A stretch of DNA of 64,000 nt. It comes from an uncultured bacterium. Lineage in GTDB: Bacteria; Hydrothermota; UBA3073; NMUJ01; CBEVQO01. The position numbers and the translations under genes were made by a program. The stretch lies in assembly GCA_965552055.1 (NCBI GenBank), contig CBEVQO010000002.1, positions 384,001 to 448,000 of the forward strand, read 5' to 3'. Below the pieces are notes generated by a model. The model did no database searches and was not told where the DNA came from. It saw nothing but the letters and a program-made list of their open reading frames with translations. Positions 1 to 9,960 of the stretch are shown here, one piece after another; the stretch's first letter is position 1; the number at the start of each line of letters is the position of its first letter.

Positions 1-155
1 GCAAAACCAAGATGAATATCAGGAGCTGTAGGGTCTATCCCGAGTTTCACCCTTAATCTTCCCTTTTTCTTTATCTTAGAAAGGAGTTCTTCTTCTTTTA
101 TTACTTCTGCTGTCTTTTCTTTTAAAATTTCTATTTGCTTTTCCGGGGGTATCAT
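1..155 (-). CDS. tyrS: Tyrosine--tRNA ligase, 5' part (runs off window start)
   Basis: Not in the ORF track. Manual translation from ATG at 155: MIPPEKQIEILKEKTAEVIKEEELLSKIKKKGRLRVKLGIDPTAPDIHLGF, the TyrRS KLGxDPTAPDxHLG (HIGH) region. ATGA overlap with the stop of the upstream gene. Confidence 0.9.
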   Translation of the reverse strand, partial: MIPPEKQIEILKEKTAEVIKEEELLSKIKKKGRLRVKLGIDPTAPDIHLGF

Positions 156-3070
156 CTTATTTTGACAAATTTACCTTTAAAGATTTTGTTTCCAGATACA
201 AGACGATAAAAATAAACTCCAGAGGACAAATTGGATACATCAATTTTTAAAGGATTTTCATCTTTTATCTTTAATTTTTTGACCTCTCTACCCATTGCAT
301 CATAAATTGTTATTTCACTTTCTCCAATCAAAGGCCCCATGAAAATTATTTTATTTTTTACAGGATTTGGATATACTTTTAAACTTATTAATTTCGTCTT
401 TCTTTCTGTTTCTCCTGTTGTAACCTGTGCTATAACTTTTATTTTGTATTCGGGTTCACCTGGGTCGTTTGAATTTATAATTACATAACCTGTAGAACTA
501 CCTGTAATCTGAGAGAAGTCAACTTTTACTGGTAAATAACAATCTTCAAGATAAGAAAGTGTGCAACAAACATTATCCACGATTATCCATGGTGCATCTG
601 TATTTACACCTGTTATTATTAAATCGGATTTTCCAAGATTCAAGATTATTATCGTATCAACCGAATCAACGCTTACAACGGTTGTACCTGAAACAAAGGA
701 AACAACAGCTGCGTGGAAATAGTCAACATTGTCAAGATACCAGTTTGAACCATCACCGTACATATTTTTATAATCGGGTATCGTATCAAAGGATGTTGTC
801 GGATAAGATGTATCCATCTCATAATTACCAATCCAGAAACTATTTTCAATATATAAAGGATTTGTTAAATCATAAATGTTCCAGTATATTGTATTTGCAT
901 TTATTACTTCAGCCGTTACTTCCATTGCACACAATCTCTCACCCGGTACGCCATTGTTATCTTTCCATACAAACAAACTGCATCCTTTTGATGCATCCGG
1001 TATTGCTGATACAACACCATGCCATATCTGATAAAGAGTGCAGGGCCGGGTTATCTCAAATCTCGTAGCTTCATAATAAGTGCGATAAGAGGCTTCCCAT
1101 ATAAAATAAGGCGGAGATAAAGGAGGCATCAAAGTATCAACTACGCCTTTTTCCAGTTTTGAATTACGAATAAATTTAATCTCATTGCCAATTAAATATT
1201 TCTTCTTTGTAGATTTTGCTTTTGAAGAAACTACTTTTTTAAAAATTAAACTGTCTTTATCAACATAGATATCAGGGAAATTATCAAGTCCGTAATATTT
1301 CATCGAGGGTTCTCCATAAAGATTAAATTCATAAATGTTTACCAGAGCAAATGTATCGTTATCCACATTATAATAAGTTGAGCGAGCATAAGCTAAAGCA
1401 TCCCCCACTTTGTTTCCTGTATTTACGGTATCTTTTAATAATCCATAAAAGTAGTAGTAATCAAGTGATTGAGCGCCACCGTGCAGAGGGGTCTGCCAGC
1501 CAACAACCCCCCATGCTGCACGTGACGCACCAACAACACCCGAAGCACCATTACGCAATAGAGAAAAAGCAACATTATCCGCATTTTCCGGATAACCACA
1601 CAAACAAGACATCAGGTAAACAAAAGAAGGATAATCATCATGTAAATTGCTGGCATCACCTGACACAAATGAAATTGGAGCAGTTATCTCAGCATCTTCT
1701 GGTACACCATCTCCATCGTCTGTTGCCCATACTTTGCGCGCAAAACTCGTAAGCCAACCATGGTGTACTTCGTGAAATATACCTTTCTTACGCCAATACT
1801 TCAAAATATTATCTCTGCAAACAGAATCTGTACACTCATAAACACTAGGATCAAGTCCTGCTTTTTCATACAGAGTTACACTCAAACTTCTACTGATTAT
1901 TCCGGCTGATAAAATTTTCTCAATTAAAGTTGCTCCATCTTCTTTCGGATAGCCCGAAGAATTCTCATTCTGATAGAATAAAATTGCTCCTGCCTGTAAA
2001 GAACTCTTTTTGTATTCCTGCAAAAGCTCTGTCTCAAAACGCTTGATTTTTTCTAAAACTTCCTTTATAACTGAAGTGTCACTGTATGGAATCCTGCCAA
2101 CCGCTATATCGGAAACTACATCAACATTATCCTCTGCATATTCACCGTAAAGCCCGTCTCCATCTTTATCCCAAGATTGTGAATCTGGCAAACTCAAATC
2201 AGCATAGTAAAGGTCTGTAGGAACTGGACTTTCCCACCACGCATTATCAGGACCATCTGCATCATTATCCCACGGACAACATTTCCTCATTGGAATAGTA
2301 TTAATGTCTCCACATATCAAAAGATACTTTATACCCCAATCAAGATATTTTTCTCTCAAAAAATTCCTTATCTTCTGTGCAGTATCCACACCCGAATAAT
2401 TCACAACTATGCTTTCAAGTGGCATCACATAAACATTAAAGCCGACACTCTCTTTATAATCAATAAAATCCTGCAAAGAAGATATAAAAGATGCTGGACA
2501 AATAATAACATAATCATAAACTTGCTTTGGCAAACTACCAGTATACCATTTAAAAACATCATCCCAATTTACGAATAAACTCCTCACTTCTTCTATATCT
2601 CCAAGATAATCCTTACCTTCTTTTAAGTCAAATTCTATTTCGACATCTATCCTATCTGCAAAATATAATTTATCACTCTGCGGGTCATAAGCAAATGGAT
2701 AAAATTTCAAAGTAACAAATTTATACTGCCTGTATGAACCCCAGTTTAAAAACTCACCCAGTTTCTCGGGATAGAACTCTTTTTTCATTTCAATTTTCTT
2801 CAATTTATATCCTTTTAGAAGAGGAACCTTTGGCAATGTTTTTTCTATTCCAAATTTCTTTTCGATTTCTCTCCTTATGCCATAGAATTTCACATCTCTT
2901 ACGACAGCTCCTGGTGGCAAAAGCACTCTGTAAACTTTACATGGCAACCTGGGGCGCCCGGATTCCGTAATATAAGAATAATCGCGTAAATCCAAAGTAA
3001 ACTCAAAAGAAAATTTTAAAACTTCGGAATTTAAAGCAAAAGGAATTAATATCAACAAAAACTTCTTCAT
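152..3070 (-). CDS. C25 (gingipain-like) cysteine peptidase with propeptide and T9SS-type C-terminal domain
   Basis: Signal peptide; YVIICP, LLICGD, DLYYADL, VGRIP, HHG and SCLCG, NLYGEP C25 motifs; C-terminal VYPNP...LSSGVYF...KFVK. Confidence 0.85.
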   Translation of the reverse strand: MKKFLLILIPFALNSEVLKFSFEFTLDLRDYSYITESGRPRLPCKVYRVLLPPGAVVRDVKFYGIRREIEKKFGIEKTLPKVPLLKGYKLKKIEMKKEFYPEKLGEFLNWGSYRQYKFVTLKFYPFAYDPQSDKLYFADRIDVEIEFDLKEGKDYLGDIEEVRSLFVNWDDVFKWYTGSLPKQVYDYVIICPASFISSLQDFIDYKESVGFNVYVMPLESIVVNYSGVDTAQKIRNFLREKYLDWGIKYLLICGDINTIPMRKCCPWDNDADGPDNAWWESPVPTDLYYADLSLPDSQSWDKDGDGLYGEYAEDNVDVVSDIAVGRIPYSDTSVIKEVLEKIKRFETELLQEYKKSSLQAGAILFYQNENSSGYPKEDGATLIEKILSAGIISRSLSVTLYEKAGLDPSVYECTDSVCRDNILKYWRKKGIFHEVHHGWLTSFARKVWATDDGDGVPEDAEITAPISFVSGDASNLHDDYPSFVYLMSCLCGYPENADNVAFSLLRNGASGVVGASRAAWGVVGWQTPLHGGAQSLDYYYFYGLLKDTVNTGNKVGDALAYARSTYYNVDNDTFALVNIYEFNLYGEPSMKYYGLDNFPDIYVDKDSLIFKKVVSSKAKSTKKKYLIGNEIKFIRNSKLEKGVVDTLMPPLSPPYFIWEASYRTYYEATRFEITRPCTLYQIWHGVVSAIPDASKGCSLFVWKDNNGVPGERLCAMEVTAEVINANTIYWNIYDLTNPLYIENSFWIGNYEMDTSYPTTSFDTIPDYKNMYGDGSNWYLDNVDYFHAAVVSFVSGTTVVSVDSVDTIIILNLGKSDLIITGVNTDAPWIIVDNVCCTLSYLEDCYLPVKVDFSQITGSSTGYVIINSNDPGEPEYKIKVIAQVTTGETERKTKLISLKVYPNPVKNKIIFMGPLIGESEITIYDAMGREVKKLKIKDENPLKIDVSNLSSGVYFYRLVSGNKIFKGKFVKIR

Positions 3071-3076
3071 TATTAC

Positions 3077-3103
3077 AATTTAATTAAAATTTGCAATTGT
3101 CAA
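3077..3103 (-). promoter_or_regulatory. sigma70-like promoter TTGACA-N15-TAAATT, apparently leaderless (ATG 3070)
   Basis: Read from sequence; 6 nt between -10 and ATG; no SD. Confidence 0.7.
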
Positions 3104-3112
3104 GAAAAAATG

Positions 3113-3139
3113 TTGACATTTTCACAGGTTGATTAAAAA
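3113..3139 (+). promoter_or_regulatory. promoter TTGACA-N15-TAAAAA, apparently leaderless (GTG 3145)
   Basis: Back-to-back with the 3077-3103 promoter; weaker -10. Confidence 0.55.
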
Positions 3140-3144
3140 TAAAG

Positions 3145-4110
3145 GTGCGTAAATTTATTTTATTACTTTTCTTTTGTGGATGTGTAAAAGATGCTGGTTT
3201 TTCTTTGCTAAAAGATAGAGCACCAAAGCCTCACATATTTTTTGTTAAAGCACAAATTGATACTTCTTTTTTAGATTTTAAAAACCCGGGAAATTTAACT
3301 TATTTATATTGCGGAAATACGAATGAATTCGAAGTAAGAACTTTAATGACTTTTCATTATCCCGATACCCAAAAACCCTCTCTTGTCTTTCTTTTTGTAA
3401 AAGGTGCTACAACTTCCTGCTCTGTAAATGTGCATATTCTAAAAACAAAATGGCATCCGAATAGAGTATCATGGATACAGCCTGACACAGGACAAAATTG
3501 GTCAGGAGGAAATTTCTATGAAACACCAATACTATCTTTCAAAATAAAAGACACCGTCACAAAAATCGAAATACCTCCGGATAGTTTTATGAAAATCTGC
3601 GATACAATATATCACGGAATAATTTTAATTCCAAAAGATACAAATTTAACTTACTTCCCGGCTGATAGTTTTTATTTTTTATGCATCAAAGGCACAGATA
3701 CTATAAAATGTAAACCAATTTATCATACATCGATCGATACATTTAAAGCAGAACTTTCTAATAATTTAGTAAAATGCGGTTCACATTTGACAATTTGCAC
3801 ATTAAAAGTAAATACAGATAGCTTGTATCTCTATCCAAATTTAAATCAGGCAATAATTTATTTTGATTTCAAACTTTTAAAAGGCTACAAATTGACTTTG
3901 AGAATAAAAGGCAAAAATAGTTATTCCTCTTATCATTCTTTTAAAAACGGTGACACCATAAAAATAGATATTACAAGCGTAATTTCAGAGATAAAAGGCG
4001 ATACTCTGGACAAAATATTAATAGAACCCTCTAAATATCAGTTTTCAATAGGAGAAATTGAAAATCCAAGGATAAAATTAATAATGACAGAAAGTCCGGA
4101 TAGTTTATGA
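3145..4110 (+). CDS. Hypothetical lipoprotein
   Basis: 321-aa ORF with lipobox-like LFFCGC; beta-rich; overlaps the next gene. Confidence 0.65.
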   Translation: MRKFILLLFFCGCVKDAGFSLLKDRAPKPHIFFVKAQIDTSFLDFKNPGNLTYLYCGNTNEFEVRTLMTFHYPDTQKPSLVFLFVKGATTSCSVNVHILKTKWHPNRVSWIQPDTGQNWSGGNFYETPILSFKIKDTVTKIEIPPDSFMKICDTIYHGIILIPKDTNLTYFPADSFYFLCIKGTDTIKCKPIYHTSIDTFKAELSNNLVKCGSHLTICTLKVNTDSLYLYPNLNQAIIYFDFKLLKGYKLTLRIKGKNSYSSYHSFKNGDTIKIDITSVISEIKGDTLDKILIEPSKYQFSIGEIENPRIKLIMTESPDSL

Positions 4111-4982
4111 TTTTAATTCTGTTAACATATTCGCTTTTTTCAACAAAGTGCGAAGGAGAAAAAATAAACTATTATCACAAAATCAAATTTGAAAATGTAA
4201 GAAAAATCACCCTTTCTTTCCTTTCTTATGGTGTCTTATTCGAAAAAGATGACAAAAAAACTCAAGATTTCATGTTCTCAATAAAAAAATTATCTTATAT
4301 CAATCCAATATATAAAAATTTATGTGCTTATTTAATTTTTGAAAATGAGTATGACCACAGATTTTTTGTCCATTCCGATAGTTTTTCTTTAACAGAGAGC
4401 ATAAAATATGTAACGGAAGTACAGGGCGAAGGAGGAGCTAATTTAATCGCGATGGGAATTTTCAATAAATTTAAAAATATAACTGTATTTGCTGATTTGG
4501 GATATTTATTTGGAATATCGAGAGAAATCTGGAAAACTAAGTTCGAAGCACCTGTATCTATAAGAGAAGCTATCGACACGATTAACATCAAAAAATTTGA
4601 TAATTTTACTTATAATCTGGGATTCGAATTTAAAAAAGGAAGGCTTACGGTCGAGGGATGTTACAGAGATTTTGAAAATGATTTTTATTTAGGTGCATCT
4701 TTAAACTTTGATTTCTTATCCCTGTATGGCAGATACGGAAAATTTGATAAAATCTTTTCTTTATCTTTTCCTTGGTTTTACAATCTCACTGCCGGTGGAG
4801 GCATTAGAAACTGGGGAAATTTAGAATGCGAGGAAAGGTATCTTTTATTTTCGTTTGACTACATATTTATTGATAAAAAAGGAGGAATAATTTTACGGAT
4901 AGAACCCGGCGAACGAGTATATCAAAATCTTAAAGAAAAATTTTTAAGAATAAATATCACCCTTTCCGGCAAAGAAGGATAA
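4107..4982 (+). CDS. Hypothetical exported protein, possibly an outer-membrane beta-barrel
   Basis: Short signal peptide; alternating aromatic/Gly beta-strand pattern; ATGA overlap. Confidence 0.55.
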   Translation: MILILLTYSLFSTKCEGEKINYYHKIKFENVRKITLSFLSYGVLFEKDDKKTQDFMFSIKKLSYINPIYKNLCAYLIFENEYDHRFFVHSDSFSLTESIKYVTEVQGEGGANLIAMGIFNKFKNITVFADLGYLFGISREIWKTKFEAPVSIREAIDTINIKKFDNFTYNLGFEFKKGRLTVEGCYRDFENDFYLGASLNFDFLSLYGRYGKFDKIFSLSFPWFYNLTAGGGIRNWGNLECEERYLLFSFDYIFIDKKGGIILRIEPGERVYQNLKEKFLRINITLSGKEG

Positions 4983-5044
4983 AGTGTTAAAAAAGGTTAT
5001 GTGATATTGACCTTTTTAGAGATGGGTCGGAGGGAAGATAATGC

Positions 5045-5071
5045 TTGACAATTCTACATTTTATTTATAAT
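5045..5071 (+). promoter_or_regulatory. promoter TTGACA-N15-TATAAT, apparently leaderless (ATG 5077)
   Basis: Perfect consensus hexamers, 15-nt spacer, ATG 5 nt after -10. Confidence 0.8.
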
Positions 5072-5076
5072 TTGCG

Positions 5077-6354
5077 ATGGAAAGAAGGAAAGAAATAATT
5101 GGTGGAATCGTTACTTTTATGTCAATGGCGTATATTATTTTTGTTCAGCCTTCTGTCTTATCACAGGCAGGTATGGATTTTGGTGCAGTAATGATGGCAA
5201 CATGCTTATCTGCTGCATTTGCTACCCTTATGATGGGTCTTTATGCCAACTATCCAATTGCCCTTGCTCCAGGTATGGGTGAAAACTTTTATTTTGCATT
5301 TACGGTGATTCTTGGAATGGGGATTGCATGGCAAAAAGCACTTGGTGCTGTTTTTCTATCGGGTGTCATCTTTTTGATTTTAACTCTCGTAGGTATCCGT
5401 GAATTGATAATAAATGCTGTTCCTTCTTCCTTAAAGAATGCAATTGCTGCAGGGATTGGACTTTTTATCGCTTTCATAGGACTAAATCAGGCAGGCATTG
5501 TAAAAATCGAAGGAAATGTCATACATCTCGGAAGTATGAAATCACCTCCTGTTTTACTTACTTTATTTGGCTTATTCTTAATTTGTGTATTAATGAGATT
5601 TAATGTAAAAGGTTCGATTTTAATTGGTATGCTTGCCACGGCTGTTCTTGGAATAGCTCTTGGTTATCTTAAATTTTATGGTATTGTGGGTAAACCTCCT
5701 TCCATCTCTCCTACATTTCTCAAACTCGATATAAAAGGTGCGCTTGAACTCGGTTTTATAACGATAATCCTTGTATTTTTACTTATGGATATGTTTGATA
5801 CCGCAGGCACTTTGATAGGAGTTGGTCAGGCAGCTGGCTTTATAAAAGATGGTAAACTGCCGCGTGCTAATAGATGCCTGTTAACAGATGCTGTTGGCAC
5901 AATACTTGGTGCACTTTTGGGCACATCTACTGTTACAAGTTATATTGAGAGCGCTACAGGTGTAGCACAGGGTGCAAGAACAGGTTTTGCCAGTGTAATA
6001 ACAGGCTTATTATTTTTAATTTCTATTTTCTTCTATCCACTTGTGAAAACAATCGGCGGCGGTATGGAATGGCAGGGAGCAATTTTTTACCCAGTTACAG
6101 CACCCGCACTTATAATCGTGGGATATTACATGGCACATACACTAAAAGAAATAGAATGGGAAGATATTACAGAAGCAATTCCTGCATTTTTAACACTTAT
6201 CGGTATTCCTTTGACTTACAGCATTGCAGATGGTATGGCACTCGGCTTCATATCCTATTGTATAATAAAATTGCTGACAAAGAAAGGTAAAGAAGTTCAT
6301 CCAATCCTTTATGTATTTGCAGGTTTATTCATCTTCAAATATGTAATCTTCTAA
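5077..6354 (+). CDS. NCS2/AzgA-family purine permease
   Basis: TFMSMAYIIFV, ALAPGMG, DMFDTAGT, TSYIESATG..GARTG motifs; many TM helices. Confidence 0.92.
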   Translation: MERRKEIIGGIVTFMSMAYIIFVQPSVLSQAGMDFGAVMMATCLSAAFATLMMGLYANYPIALAPGMGENFYFAFTVILGMGIAWQKALGAVFLSGVIFLILTLVGIRELIINAVPSSLKNAIAAGIGLFIAFIGLNQAGIVKIEGNVIHLGSMKSPPVLLTLFGLFLICVLMRFNVKGSILIGMLATAVLGIALGYLKFYGIVGKPPSISPTFLKLDIKGALELGFITIILVFLLMDMFDTAGTLIGVGQAAGFIKDGKLPRANRCLLTDAVGTILGALLGTSTVTSYIESATGVAQGARTGFASVITGLLFLISIFFYPLVKTIGGGMEWQGAIFYPVTAPALIIVGYYMAHTLKEIEWEDITEAIPAFLTLIGIPLTYSIADGMALGFISYCIIKLLTKKGKEVHPILYVFAGLFIFKYVIF

Positions 6355-6356
6355 TT

Positions 6357-7112
6357 TCATATTCCAAGAATCAATTTTGTGTTCAATCTTAAAATTTTTT
6401 CCAATCTGTTAAATTCTATTTTTTTAATTTCTGCGATTTTTTTAGCGCTTATTATTACATTTTTAGGCTCATTTCTTTCTTTAGGATTTGGTGCCAGCAC
6501 AGGAGCATCACTTTCTAACAGCAATTTATCTACGGATATTCTCATCACAACTTTTTCTTTTTGATGTGAACGCACAATAGATGGCGGTATTGAGAAATAA
6601 AAACCATGTTGCGCACCTCTTACTGCATGAGATGCTCTGCCATCAAAAGCATGCATTATAACTTTCTTCGCCCCTTCTTCTATCAAAATATCAATTGCAT
6701 ATTTGCCTGCACTCCTTGAATGGCAAATTAAAGGTTTGTCTAACTCTTTTGAAAGTTTTATAAATTCCCTGAAACGCTCTTTTTGCAGTTCCCTTTTCGC
6801 ATCATCTTTCTCCCAGTAAAAATCAAGCCCAACCTCACCGATTGCTACTATTCTATCCTTTTCTTCTTTTATCAAAGACAAAATTTCCCGAAATTCTTTT
6901 TCATCATCATTAACCGGGTCAAATCCTACACTTACAAGTATAACATCCGGGAAGCGTTCCTGAATGCGAAAAGATTTTTCTACCTCTTCTACATCAAGTG
7001 CACAGTCAACGATTTTCTCAACACCCGCTTTTAAAGCATCTTCTATTACCTTCTCTAAATCCTTATCAAATTCTTCATCATTCAAATGACAATGCACATC
7101 AACAAATCCCAT
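6357..7112 (-). CDS. tatD: TatD-family hydrolase
   Basis: DVHCH, IGEVGLD, HSR, HAF, ESDAP motifs. Confidence 0.92.
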   Translation of the reverse strand: MGFVDVHCHLNDEEFDKDLEKVIEDALKAGVEKIVDCALDVEEVEKSFRIQERFPDVILVSVGFDPVNDDEKEFREILSLIKEEKDRIVAIGEVGLDFYWEKDDAKRELQKERFREFIKLSKELDKPLICHSRSAGKYAIDILIEEGAKKVIMHAFDGRASHAVRGAQHGFYFSIPPSIVRSHQKEKVVMRISVDKLLLESDAPVLAPNPKERNEPKNVIISAKKIAEIKKIEFNRLEKILRLNTKLILGI

Positions 7113-8292
7113 TTTGTATCACTTTTTCATAAATTTTTATAAGATTTTTAGTTATTCCTTCTATTGAGAATTTTTCTTTAACATATTTTTTAGCATTATC
7201 CACCAGCTTTTGCGAAATTTCTTTATCTTCAAACAACTTTTCTATAGCATCTGCAAGTGCTTTTTCATCCTTCTCTGGAACAAGAATTCCTGTTTCACCA
7301 TCTTTCACTATGTCAATAATTCCACCAACGGATGAGGCAATTACCGGCACACCATAAGAAATTGCTTCAAGCAATACAACACCAAGTCCTTCAGTATCGC
7401 CTCTCTTATCATGAATCGCAGGCAAGACAAAAATGCGAGCATTGCGATATCTCTCAACCAATTCACTTTCGCTCACAAAACCACAAAATTCAACATTATC
7501 CAGCTCTAATTTTTCTTTTAATCTTTTCAAATCCTCAAAAAGAGGACCTTTACCAACAATTTTTATCTTGTAATTTTTCCCTCTATCTTTTAAAATTTTT
7601 GCTGCTCTCAATAAGTACTCAACTCCTTTTCTTTCAACTAATCTCCCTACAAATAAAATTTCTTTCCTTTTATCAAATGATAAACTCTCTTTCGGCTCTG
7701 GCAAAGAACTTGCAAAAGGCACTATTTCAATATTCCTCAACTCACCTACCAGTCTAAACAACTTTTCTTTTGTATAACTCGAATTTACTGTTATGAAATC
7801 CGCTTTTTTAACCAAAAATTTTAAAATATGTTTAAATATGAAGTTTTTTTCTGCAAAAACAATCTCTGCGCTGTGGAAAGAAAATATCATTTTCTTTTTC
7901 TTTTGTAATTTCATTAAATAACCAAAAATGCCCAGAGGAAAGGGCCAATGTACATGAATAATGTCAAAAGCGTATTTTTTAGCAAATCTCAACGATTCTA
8001 CAATGCCGAAGAATAAATAAAAAGGCAAAACAAGATAATAAAATTTATTTTCCTTTAATCTTTCGGGGACCGCACATTCGTGCGTCAATCTTTCGTATTT
8101 CTTGAAAAAATAACGAAATCTATAAACGAAAACATCTTTAATTTTACCAGATTTCAAACCACGATAAGATGAAGTGAAAATTTTAATATCTATTCCCCTC
8201 TCTTTTAACTTATCAATGAGTTTTACAAGCCAGGGAGTTATCACATCTTCTTCCTTTCTCCAGTAAGCAGTAACAATATAAACAACTTTCAT
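7099..8292 (-). CDS. GT4 glycosyltransferase
   Basis: FVGRLVERKG, EGLGVVLLEA, GGIIDIV. Start taken as ATG 8292 (MKVVYI) rather than TTG 8310. Confidence 0.9.
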   Translation of the reverse strand: MKVVYIVTAYWRKEEDVITPWLVKLIDKLKERGIDIKIFTSSYRGLKSGKIKDVFVYRFRYFFKKYERLTHECAVPERLKENKFYYLVLPFYLFFGIVESLRFAKKYAFDIIHVHWPFPLGIFGYLMKLQKKKKMIFSFHSAEIVFAEKNFIFKHILKFLVKKADFITVNSSYTKEKLFRLVGELRNIEIVPFASSLPEPKESLSFDKRKEILFVGRLVERKGVEYLLRAAKILKDRGKNYKIKIVGKGPLFEDLKRLKEKLELDNVEFCGFVSESELVERYRNARIFVLPAIHDKRGDTEGLGVVLLEAISYGVPVIASSVGGIIDIVKDGETGILVPEKDEKALADAIEKLFEDKEISQKLVDNAKKYVKEKFSIEGITKNLIKIYEKVIQNGIC

Positions 8293-8293
8293 T

Positions 8294-8326
8294 TCAGTCA
8301 ATATAACCAAGCGCCTTTAATCTCCT
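8294..8326 (-). pseudogene. 3'-terminal remnant (RRLKALGYID*) of an alkaline-phosphatase/sulfatase-superfamily gene
   Basis: agg aga tta aag gcg ctt ggt tat att gac tga, ending 1 nt before the GT4 ATG; an in-frame stop lies 3 codons upstream. Confidence 0.5.
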
Positions 8327-8373
8327 GCATTTCTAATTCCTAACGCAAATTTCTCAAAATAATCATCAATAAT

Positions 8374-8400
8374 AATTTATAAAACTCAATAACATGTCAA
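8374..8400 (-). promoter_or_regulatory. promoter TTGACA-N15-TAAATT for GT4-tatD
   Basis: Read from sequence; an ATG at 8366 opens an 8-codon micro-ORF. Confidence 0.65.
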
Positions 8401-8421
8401 GGAAAATTTTTTATCATCAGC

Positions 8422-8448
8422 TTGACTTTTTGAAATTTAAATTACAAT
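8422..8448 (+). promoter_or_regulatory. promoter TTGACT-N15-TACAAT, apparently leaderless (GTG 8454)
   Basis: In-frame GTG 5 nt after -10 gives the family-typical N-terminus. Confidence 0.7.
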
Positions 8449-8453
8449 CTTAT

Positions 8454-9956
8454 GTGAAAAATAAAGTGATAATTTTTGGATTAGATGGTGCGACTTTTGA
8501 TTTTATTCTTCCCTGGGTAAAACAAAATAAACTCCCTTTTTTCAAACGACTTTTAGAAGAAAGTGCTTATGGCTATCTCAGAACAACAATCCCTCCTTTA
8601 ACTCCCTGTGCCTGGACATCTTTTATGACCGGTAAAAACCCGGGCAAACATGGAATTGTTGACTTCCTCTGGATAGACCATAATTATAACGAAAAAGTTA
8701 GCTTTAACAAATCAAAAACATTATGGAGAATCTTATCCGAAAATGGTCTCAAAGTCATAGTCTGCAACATACCATGCACTTATCCACCTGAACCCGTAAA
8801 CGGCATTTTAATTTCGGGATTTTTAACTCCTTCTTTAAAGTCAAATTTCACTTATCCTTTAAATTTTAAAGAAAGGTTATTAAAAGAATTTCCTCATTAT
8901 TTTTTTAGAGAGAAGGTAAAATATTACGAAAACGAAAAAGAAAGAGAGGAATTTGCAGAAGAAGTTTTTAAATTGACAGAGCTTCATTATGAAGTTGCTA
9001 AATTTTTATTGAAAAACTTTGATTATGACTTTTTTATAATCAACTTTATGGGGATAGACCATATGCAACATTGGTTTTGGAGATTTTGCGATAAAAATCA
9101 TCCAAACTTTTCTGAAAAATTATCAAAAAAACACGGTGACAAAATTTTTAAAATTTATAAATATATAGACGATATCTTATCGGATTTACTGAACATAATC
9201 CCCGATAATTCTTACATTATTCTTATGTCAGATCATGGTGCGGGTCCCTGTTATGGAACAATGTGCCTTAATTATCTTATGTTAAAAAAGGAGTTTTTAA
9301 AACTTAAAAAATTGCCCAATGTAAGAAGAAAAGAATTTATGTTAAAAATAGGCTTCTCACCTTTTTATCTTTCACGCCTTGCTTTTCACATAAAGAAAAT
9401 TAAAGACGCTGTTGCAGTAAAAGATGTTGAAGGCAGAAAAGAAATAACTCAAAAATATGGTATCACATTGAAAGATATAGATTGGGAAAATACGCTTGCT
9501 ATCGCGTTTGGATATTATAATCAAATTTATGTCAACAAAAAGGGAAGATTTAAAAATGGCAAAGTTGAAGATAAAGATTATGAAAAAGTACGCGAAGATA
9601 TTATATCTATTTTAAAGTCATTAAATTTAAAGATAAAAGTATGGCGTAAAGAAGAGATTTATAAAGGAGAATTTCTTCCATTATTACCCGATATTTTCTT
9701 CTCCGCAGAGGATTTTGCGTATACTGGTAGTTCTTTTTTGATACCTTCTTTTAAACTTTTCATACCTTCCTTGACTTTCAAATCAGGAGAACATCGACTC
9801 TTTGGGATTTTCGCGATTACAGGACCCAACATAAAACATCAGAAACTTGAAAATATTTCTATTATAGACATCGCACCAACTGTACTTGAAATCTTCAAGA
9901 TAAAACATAAATATCAAATGGACGGCAGGGTATTAGAAGAAATTTTTGCAATTTAG
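8454..9956 (+). CDS. Alkaline-phosphatase-superfamily nucleotide pyrophosphatase/phosphodiesterase
   Basis: GLDGA, PPLTPCAWTSFMTGKNPGKHG, DHMQH, SDHG, GEH, DIAPT. Start moved from 8394 to GTG 8454 because a promoter lies inside the longer ORF. Confidence 0.88.
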   Translation: MKNKVIIFGLDGATFDFILPWVKQNKLPFFKRLLEESAYGYLRTTIPPLTPCAWTSFMTGKNPGKHGIVDFLWIDHNYNEKVSFNKSKTLWRILSENGLKVIVCNIPCTYPPEPVNGILISGFLTPSLKSNFTYPLNFKERLLKEFPHYFFREKVKYYENEKEREEFAEEVFKLTELHYEVAKFLLKNFDYDFFIINFMGIDHMQHWFWRFCDKNHPNFSEKLSKKHGDKIFKIYKYIDDILSDLLNIIPDNSYIILMSDHGAGPCYGTMCLNYLMLKKEFLKLKKLPNVRRKEFMLKIGFSPFYLSRLAFHIKKIKDAVAVKDVEGRKEITQKYGITLKDIDWENTLAIAFGYYNQIYVNKKGRFKNGKVEDKDYEKVREDIISILKSLNLKIKVWRKEEIYKGEFLPLLPDIFFSAEDFAYTGSSFLIPSFKLFIPSLTFKSGEHRLFGIFAITGPNIKHQKLENISIIDIAPTVLEIFKIKHKYQMDGRVLEEIFAI

Positions 9957-9960
9957 TTTT

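Noticed and set aside
4983..5076. Purine riboswitch upstream of the purine permease
   Set aside because: No aptamer consensus. The hairpin (aaaaaggt/accttttt) lies upstream of the promoter and the gene looks leaderless; it is more likely a terminator or degenerate repeat.
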